Shown here in pieces: positions 57,752 to 64,000 of a DNA stretch of 64,000 nt. The translations under genes were made by a program, and so were the position numbers. Location of the stretch: positions 2,720,001-2,784,000 of the forward strand of contig OY759729.1 in the NCBI GenBank assembly GCA_963662585.1, given 5' to 3'. Below the pieces are notes generated by a model. It ran no database searches and was not told the DNA's origin. It saw nothing but the letters and a program-made list of their open reading frames with translations. Within the stretch, counting starts at the first letter, position 1. Each line of letters starts with the position of its first letter. The stretch comes from Candidatus Cloacimonadales bacterium. Lineage in GTDB: Bacteria > Cloacimonadota > Cloacimonadia > Cloacimonadales > JAFGVF01.

Positions 57752-59233
57752 ATGAGTAATACATTTATTAAGGTTATGGAGTATAATAATAATTTAACGC
57801 TTAACGGCATGGCGACCCACTCCTCAAGTGGGAATAGGCTCTTTGACTTATTTGTAGAGTCTGGAGCTATGAGATATAGCGAAGTAGAGAAGATACTCCT
57901 AAGTGTTTATAATGCTTGGGAAGTGGATAAAGAGACTGCCTTGAAACTACTATTTTATGCTAGAGACATAGTAGAAGGTAGTGGAGAGAGAAGGTTTTTT
58001 AGATTAGCTACTGAGTTTTTGCTAACCCATAAAGAGGATAGCGAAAAGGTTTTGGATAACTTAGTAAAAGAAGAGAATTTGAAAGAAAACATCATCCGTG
58101 TGGATGATTTAGTTTACTTGGCAAACTCTCTTCTGGGTAGAAACCTGAAGAGGAATAAAAAAGTAGATAAGATTTTAGGGTTATTGTTTAGAATGTTGCA
58201 AGATGAAGAGATTGGTGGAATTGTTGCTAAGTGGATGCCACGAAAAAACTCTCAGTACGCGAGAGTAGTAAAGTATATGAGAGCAAATGGTTTTATTAAA
58301 AGCTACTCTCTCTACCGTAGAGAGATTGCTGGTAAAACCAAGGTGGTTGAGCAACAGATGAGTAAAAATGAATGGAAGGAAATTAATTTAGAGCAGACGC
58401 CTTCTGTGGCTTTAAAACAGTATAGAAAAGCTTTTGCCAGGCATGATATACTGCAAGCTTACTTAGAGAAGGTTGAAGCAGGAGAGGCTAAGATTAATGC
58501 TAAAAGGTTAACCCCTTTTGATATAGTACATAATTTGATGGTAAGTGAAAGTACTAAAGAACTTCGCAAATTGGCAGATTTGCAGTGGAAGAATTTAAAA
58601 GAGTTAAAAGACCTGCCAGCAGAATACAGGGCATTACCTGTTATAGATGTTAGTGGAAGTATGATTATGCCTGATTATATCCCCATGAGCATGGCTCTTG
58701 GTTTAGGGTTATTTTTGGCAGAACGCAACCCGAACCAAGCTTTTAGGGACTATTTTATTACTTTTAGTAATGAACCTCAGTTCCAAAAGATTGAGGGTTT
58801 GGATATATATGATAAAGTTAGTAATGCCATGCGTGCAGATTGGGGTGGGAGAACTAATTTAGAAGCTACTTTTGAATTAGTCTTAAATAAGGCTAAGCAA
58901 GGTAAGGTAGCTGCTGAAGAAATGCCTACCCATATTATAATATTTAGTGATATGGAGTTTAACAGATGTGTGAGGACCCCAAAAGATAATGCTTGGCAGA
59001 TGATTAACCGCCAATATGCTGAAGCTGGTTATACAACACCAGTTATAGTATTTTGGAATGTTGATGCTAAATCATCCAACTTTCCAGTGAAGTTTGATGA
59101 AAGTGGAGCATTGCTTTTGAGCGGAAGCTCGCAGAATGCGATGAATATAGTGCTTAAACAAAAGTATGAGAACCCGATAGACTTGATGTTTGAAGCTATT
59201 GATAGTGATAGATATAAACATATTAAGTTTTAA
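57752..59233 (+). CDS. DUF2828-family protein: helical N-terminal region plus vWA/MIDAS domain (Ro60/TROVE-like architecture)
   Basis: T.NG.AT.SSSGN.L.DLF, LKLLFYARDI..G.GERRFF, AKWMPR, MIDAS DVSGSM, FITFS..P, WG..TN, IFSDMEF, IVFWNV; AAGGAGG RBS at 57741-57747 before ATG 57752. Confidence 0.8.
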   Translation: MSNTFIKVMEYNNNLTLNGMATHSSSGNRLFDLFVESGAMRYSEVEKILLSVYNAWEVDKETALKLLFYARDIVEGSGERRFFRLATEFLLTHKEDSEKVLDNLVKEENLKENIIRVDDLVYLANSLLGRNLKRNKKVDKILGLLFRMLQDEEIGGIVAKWMPRKNSQYARVVKYMRANGFIKSYSLYRREIAGKTKVVEQQMSKNEWKEINLEQTPSVALKQYRKAFARHDILQAYLEKVEAGEAKINAKRLTPFDIVHNLMVSESTKELRKLADLQWKNLKELKDLPAEYRALPVIDVSGSMIMPDYIPMSMALGLGLFLAERNPNQAFRDYFITFSNEPQFQKIEGLDIYDKVSNAMRADWGGRTNLEATFELVLNKAKQGKVAAEEMPTHIIIFSDMEFNRCVRTPKDNAWQMINRQYAEAGYTTPVIVFWNVDAKSSNFPVKFDESGALLLSGSSQNAMNIVLKQKYENPIDLMFEAIDSDRYKHIKF

Positions 59234-60678
59234 GATAAATATTTTAGTGCAGTCTCTAACTGAGATTGCACTTTTTTTTGCTCTTGCTCCAGAAGGTTAA
59301 TTTCAGCTAACATTTCAGGGATAGAGCCCTCCATATCTCTTTCCTGATGAAGATAGAGAGAGGTGTTTAAATTATAATCATTAGCAAGAATTTCCTCTTG
59401 AGAGACTATTCTTGAAAGTCCTGGAATTTCTTGCCTATTTCGATAGATATCAGCAATTGATTCAGGGGTTAACTCATTTCCATTAATATCATTTATCATT
59501 ATAATATCAGTAGTAAGTTTCTTAATTTTCTTAGTCTGGGGATCGTAGCTGTTTCTTGCAGGACTATATACTGAAATGACGAAATTATTCAAGATTCTTT
59601 TCCCATCCTTCAAAGTAGGTACAATGATAGCATCTAAACTATTATAATGAGCTAGGATTTCTTGACGATATACTTTCTCGTCTCCTTCCTTGTAAAGAAT
59701 ACTATGCGGAAGTATTAAGATCATTAGTCCTGTTTGTTTTAACCTTCGACTCATATTTAAGATAAAAATCTCATCACTGCTAAGATGTTGGCTTTGCTCC
59801 TGAGAATATACTTGCTGGTCTTCTCTCATTACTTCTTGCTCAAGCTTAATTAAATCCTTTGCAAAGAGGGGTGGCTCAGAAATAACCATATCTACTTTAG
59901 AGTAGTGTTTATTATCATTCTTAAAAGAGTCTTGCACCTTAAAATGAGCCTCTAAGCCAGCAAGAATAGTGTTTAATTCAGCAAAGAGAATTAACTTTTC
60001 TTCATTATCCTGTCCATAAAGCTTAATTTTTTCTTCACAAGTGACTGCAGACTCTATTAGTAATGAAGCAGATCCACATGCAGGGTCGTATATAGATTTC
60101 ACTCCTCTTCCTTTGAGCAAGTTGGCGACTATACTATTTAATTCTTTATGAGTTGAAAATTGCTCTCTATTCACTCTGCTGGCTAATTCTAAAATCAAGT
60201 CATTATAGAAGAGTTCTTCATAGGAATCTTTTTTATTGTTTGTTAGTAATTGAAAAAGCTCTTCTTTAAGGGAAAATAGAGCAGTGTACCCCTCTTTATC
60301 ATTAACCCACAAACCAATTTTAATCAGTTTAATAATATTCACATTTTTATCATTTAAAACTTCAGGATAGTATTTTAATAGTTTTTTAACAACATTGATA
60401 AAAGTTGAGGGGGAGGTATGTTTTTTGAAGTTTGTAAGGAGAATAAATTCATGATTAGAAGACTTTTCCCACATCTCAGCTTCAACTTTTTTAAAAATCA
60501 AGTCTTCTTCCTTCGTAGCTTTCTCTTCAAAGTAATTATGAATTAGCTGTTTATACCTTAGCACAAAGAAAGTGAAAAGTAAAAAGATATCGCTATTCTC
60601 AATTCTATCGTAAGTAGATATTTTAGCATTAAAGTCTTCATATATCTTGAGACTTTTTATAATTTTATTATTCACCAT
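59230..60678 (-). CDS. type I R-M HsdM-like N6-adenine methyltransferase with a degenerate catalytic motif
   Basis: IYDPACGSASLL, YGQD, EI..NDYNLN...Y; the expected NPP(Y/F) motif reads SEPPL. Confidence 0.75.
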   Translation of the reverse strand: MVNNKIIKSLKIYEDFNAKISTYDRIENSDIFLLFTFFVLRYKQLIHNYFEEKATKEEDLIFKKVEAEMWEKSSNHEFILLTNFKKHTSPSTFINVVKKLLKYYPEVLNDKNVNIIKLIKIGLWVNDKEGYTALFSLKEELFQLLTNNKKDSYEELFYNDLILELASRVNREQFSTHKELNSIVANLLKGRGVKSIYDPACGSASLLIESAVTCEEKIKLYGQDNEEKLILFAELNTILAGLEAHFKVQDSFKNDNKHYSKVDMVISEPPLFAKDLIKLEQEVMREDQQVYSQEQSQHLSSDEIFILNMSRRLKQTGLMILILPHSILYKEGDEKVYRQEILAHYNSLDAIIVPTLKDGKRILNNFVISVYSPARNSYDPQTKKIKKLTTDIIMINDINGNELTPESIADIYRNRQEIPGLSRIVSQEEILANDYNLNTSLYLHQERDMEGSIPEMLAEINLLEQEQKKVQSQLETALKYLS

Positions 60679-61261
60679 CTTTACCACCTATTTTACTATT
60701 TATAATCTTTTGATAAAGACTTTCTTTTTTTAAATATATTGAATTAAGAAGGCCTAACTCTCTCTGCATCAATTCATAAAGATCAATTATTTCTTTTTGC
60801 TTTTCTAAACTGATTTCTTCAATTTCTATATTTTTAATAGTTTCTGCCTTGATAAATTTCATACTACTTGGAGAGGTTACTCGGTTAAAGAAATCCTTCA
60901 TTGCCAGACTGTTAAGATATATAGATAAGTATTGAGGAATTAGAAGATTTTTATCAACTCTTAATATTGTAAAATTAGAAGAGATAAGAGTGTTTTGTTT
61001 TAGTTGGTCAGGGAAAAAACCAGCTGTAAAAGGAGAGCTGTTTCTGATAAAGACATCTCCAGCTTGGATTACATATTTCTCAGGAATATCTCTTCCAGCC
61101 TCAAAATCTTCAAATTGAGTTTCATCCATCTTACCATAATTATCTAAACTCTTAATCGTTAGAACTCTATATTCTTGCTCAACTTCTTGATTATTCTTTG
61201 CCTGATACCTAGTAAGCACAAGTCCTGAACCTATATATTTTACAATATCCTTTAATTTCAC
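60668..61261 (-). CDS. single-TRD HsdS-like specificity subunit
   Basis: KLKDIV..I.SG, GDV.I, P.YL..YLNS, I....IK.I.I...SLEKQKEI; about half the size of a full HsdS; probable GTG start at 61261. Confidence 0.7.
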   Translation of the reverse strand: MKLKDIVKYIGSGLVLTRYQAKNNQEVEQEYRVLTIKSLDNYGKMDETQFEDFEAGRDIPEKYVIQAGDVFIRNSSPFTAGFFPDQLKQNTLISSNFTILRVDKNLLIPQYLSIYLNSLAMKDFFNRVTSPSSMKFIKAETIKNIEIEEISLEKQKEIIDLYELMQRELGLLNSIYLKKESLYQKIINSKIGGKDGE

Positions 61262-61415
61262 TTTCACCTCATCTAAAATGTTATATAGCAAAATAACAAA
61301 GCTGATATTGCTGTCAATACTTTTCTTAAAGCTGCCTTTCTCTCTATCCTCCTCGAGACTGTTCAAATTATTATATTAATTTTTTTAATACATGGTCTGA
61401 ATTTAATTTTCTTCA

Positions 61416-62155
61416 ATCCCTGAAAGGGATAAGTAGATTAGCCCGGGGCTTGTATTCCGAAGGAATTAACCCCGGGTAAAGAGTCCACCCAGAAAAGTGT
61501 ATCCCTGTAAGGGATCAATAAAATCAATCCCATAAATATTTTTCATTATAATCCATATTATTCTTTTCAATAAACAGCAAAAACTCTTCCTTAAAAGTCA
61601 TTTTCTTGTGATGTTCCTCCTGCTTTTTAATGTAATTAATGGTTTTATTCTTTTGTGCTTCTCCAACTGAAAATGCACCGTAACCAACTTGCCAATAGAA
61701 ATTTGAAAACTCATTTCCTTTGGTCTTTATCCATTTTGATGTGTTCTTTTTTATAACACTTACAATATCCTTTAAGCATACATTTTTAGATAAATTTAGG
61801 AAAATGTGAATATGATCAGTATATCCTCCAATTTCAATTGGACATGAATCATGACTTGTTATAATCTTAGCAACATATGCATATAATTGTTTTCGGATAT
61901 TATCATTTTTTAAGAATACCATTCTATTTTTTGTTGAAAATACAATATGCATATATATAATTGATAATGACTGTGACATAATAACTCCTATTTATATTTT
62001 ATCATTGTAATAAATATATATTTTAATTATTTTGTCAAATTAATTTCTTATTAATCCCTTTCAGGGATAGGGATGGTGGTGGGTATGTATCATCCCTGGG
62101 GTTAATCCTTCCAGGATACAACACCCAGGCTAATCTACTTATCCCCTTTAGGGAT
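61416..62155 (-). mobile_element. Y1 (IS200/RAYT-like) transposase flanked by inverted ~105-bp REP-like repeats
   Basis: 61416-61520 and 62049-62155 are inverted copies (ATCCCT.AA.GGGATAAGTAGATTAGCC.GGG..TTGTAT.C..AAGGA.TTAACCCC.GG..ATCCCTG.AAGGGAT). Confidence 0.8.
61524..61979 (-). CDS. tnpA: IS200/IS605-family (Y1 HUH) transposase, REP-associated type
   Basis: HIVFSTKNR, HUH motif DHIHI, WQ.GYGAFSV, catalytic Y in NYIKKQEEHH; no tnpB nearby. Confidence 0.92.
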   Translation of the reverse strand: MSQSLSIIYMHIVFSTKNRMVFLKNDNIRKQLYAYVAKIITSHDSCPIEIGGYTDHIHIFLNLSKNVCLKDIVSVIKKNTSKWIKTKGNEFSNFYWQVGYGAFSVGEAQKNKTINYIKKQEEHHKKMTFKEEFLLFIEKNNMDYNEKYLWD

Positions 62156-62196
62156 TTCTTTGTATTCTAATTTTCGATAGAATATTAATACACCTG

Positions 62197-62384
62197 TGTC
62201 CATTCCTAAATAATTTGACCGATTTTTTAGCAATTATTATTTTCTCTATTAAACCCTTACATGGTTACACTAATATTGGCTTACCATACCCATGGTCAAT
62301 TTTTCTTCAAAAAATGAACCCCTGGGCTAATCTATTTAATCACTTGGTGATATTTTCTTAATTCGTGAAATTAGTGGATAGAAA
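62197..62384 (-). repeat. ~188-bp dispersed element (inverted copy of 6255-6442)
   Basis: Direct sequence comparison. Confidence 0.8.
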
Positions 62385-62924
62385 CTATTAGCAATTTATA
62401 ATATTGAATTATTGCTTTTTAAAAAATTATTTTTCATCATATAGTCCCCTTATAATGGCATTTATTAACACCATTGTTATGTCTATAAATAATATTACTT
62501 GACAATAAAAGCCTCAATAAAATAATTGTCATATATCAATATGAATATTAATAAAGGTTAATGTTTAAAAACAATTGAATCCTTAGTAGATAAATAAAAT
62601 AGATTTAATTTCTACTGTGATGATAGGGGTAAGGATGAATTATGATGGACAACACGGCTTTGGGAAGAGGGATGAATGAAAATCTTTTCTGTAGGAAGGT
62701 TTTTCTTCTTAAGCTTTCTACTTCCACCCTGAAAATAGTATCTTTTCAGAAGTAATCTTCTGTAAAGAAGGTTTTCTAGCTGGCGGTAGGGACGCTCCAA
62801 GTCTATAGAAGACGCCATTTCATCTCTTCATCTCTTTTACCTGACGCTTAATAAAACTTGACATATATAAAACATCTAACTAAATTTGTAATGATTAATT
62901 AACTTAACAAACAAGGAGTAAGTT

Positions 62925-63967
62925 ATGAATAATAGTGAGTTACTTTTAGAAGAAGAACTTTTTGTCGCGATTAAAACAGTAATTGAAAAAGGAAGAGAAG
63001 AAGTTGCGATAGCCGTAAACTCTGGGTTAACTGCCATCTATTGGCAGATTGGCAAGAGAATAAATGAAGAAATTTTAAATAATAAGAGAGCTGACTATGG
63101 GAAACATGTTTTACAGACTCTTTCTAAACAACTGAGAGAAGAGTATGGTTCTGGTTGGAGTGTAAAGCAACTACAACATTGTCTCTACTTTGTAGATATT
63201 TTTCCGGATATTCAAATTGTCTCTACACTGTGGAGACATTTGAGTTGGTCCATTTTAAAATAATAATGTATCTTAAGAATGAGTTAGAACGAGAGTTTTA
63301 TCTGCAAATGTGCCGCCTTGAAAAGTGGAGTGTTCGAACCCTGCAAAAGAAAATAGATTCATTGCTTTTTGAAAGAACTTCTATTAGTAAGAAGCCTGAT
63401 GAATTAGCTAAGTTAGAGTTGGCAGAACTGAAGTCTGAGGATAAAATGACTCCTGATTTAGTCTTTAGGGATCATTATGTTTTAGACTTTCTAAATCTGA
63501 AAGATAGCTATTCTGAACGCGATTTAGAGACAGCAATTTTGAGAGACTTGGAGAACTTCTTAATTGAATTAGGAATGAAGTTTTCCTTTGTTGCTCGTCA
63601 AAAAAGAATGATTATTGATAACACAGATTTTTATCTTGATTTACTTTTTTACCATCGGAAATTACGCAGGTTGGTTGCGATTGAACTAAAAATTGGGAAG
63701 TTTAAAGTAGCTTATAAAGGTCAGATGGAACTCTATCTTAGATATTTAGAGAAGTTAGAAACAGAAGCAAATGAAGAAAAACCTATTGGCTTACTTCTTT
63801 GTGCAGAAGGTAATCAAGAACAGGTTAAGTTGTTGCAATTGGATAAAGCAAATATTAAAGTCGCAGAATATATTACTAAACACTTACCCAAAGATTTATT
63901 AAAAGATAAGTTACATCAGTTTACTAGTACTGCGAAGCAATTAATGAAAAGCAGAATTAAGGGTTAG
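62925..63967 (+). pseudogene. DUF1016/YhcG PD-(D/E)XK nuclease-domain gene split by a frameshift near 63250
   Basis: ORF1 has YWQIGKRI..RADYG..LSWS; ORF2 has REFY..WSVRTL..I...LFER, DFLNL, F.FVARQKR, DLLFYHR.LR.LVAIELK, PIGL.LC. Confidence 0.85.
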
Positions 63968-64000
63968 AATGAATATAAGTAATGGTAAATAGTTAATAAC

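Noticed and set aside
57577..57810. 77-aa minus-strand ORF over RNA units 3-4
   Set aside because: Antisense to the array and the DUF2828 start; no coding signal
62612..62818. 68-aa ORF or possible ncRNA upstream of DUF1016
   Set aside because: No motif. It contains only a REP-like fragment (CTGGCGGTAGGGACGCTCCAAGTCTATAG, similar to 53147-53175), and no convincing fold was found by eye.

Overview
AT-rich bacterial chromosomal window. The FlgD/T9SS-like C-terminal sorting domains (NPFNPTTTISF..IYNIKGQ) and overall gene style suggest Candidatus Cloacimonadota; this is an inference. Bases 1-25 kb are mostly housekeeping: partial ABC ATPase, mtaB, purN, aspS, pfkA, asnS, PBP1A, GT2, ricT-like, rlmN, deoC, tandem thyX and an NtrY/NtrX-like two-component system. 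Bases 25-52 kb hold secreted mosaic proteins, msrB-msrA, an RloA/RloB pair, a TerB-like gene, tamB/tamA-like genes, corA, sbcCD and a TPR sigma54 activator. Bases 52-64 kb are an accessory region with IS1182, a porin, gene remnants, a degenerate HsdM plus half-HsdS, a Y1 transposase flanked by inverted REP-like repeats and a frameshifted DUF1016. Intergenic DNA is rich in REP-like hairpin families, and there are two MITEs with perfect 8-bp target duplications. The top finding is at 57166-57703: four tandem copies of a structured RNA-like unit with compensatory base changes, fixed CAGC and GTAGAAT motifs and variable loops. The array lies between a sigma70-like promoter and a DUF2828-type helical+vWA (Ro60/TROVE-like architecture) gene, making it a candidate undescribed RNA-array/protein system.
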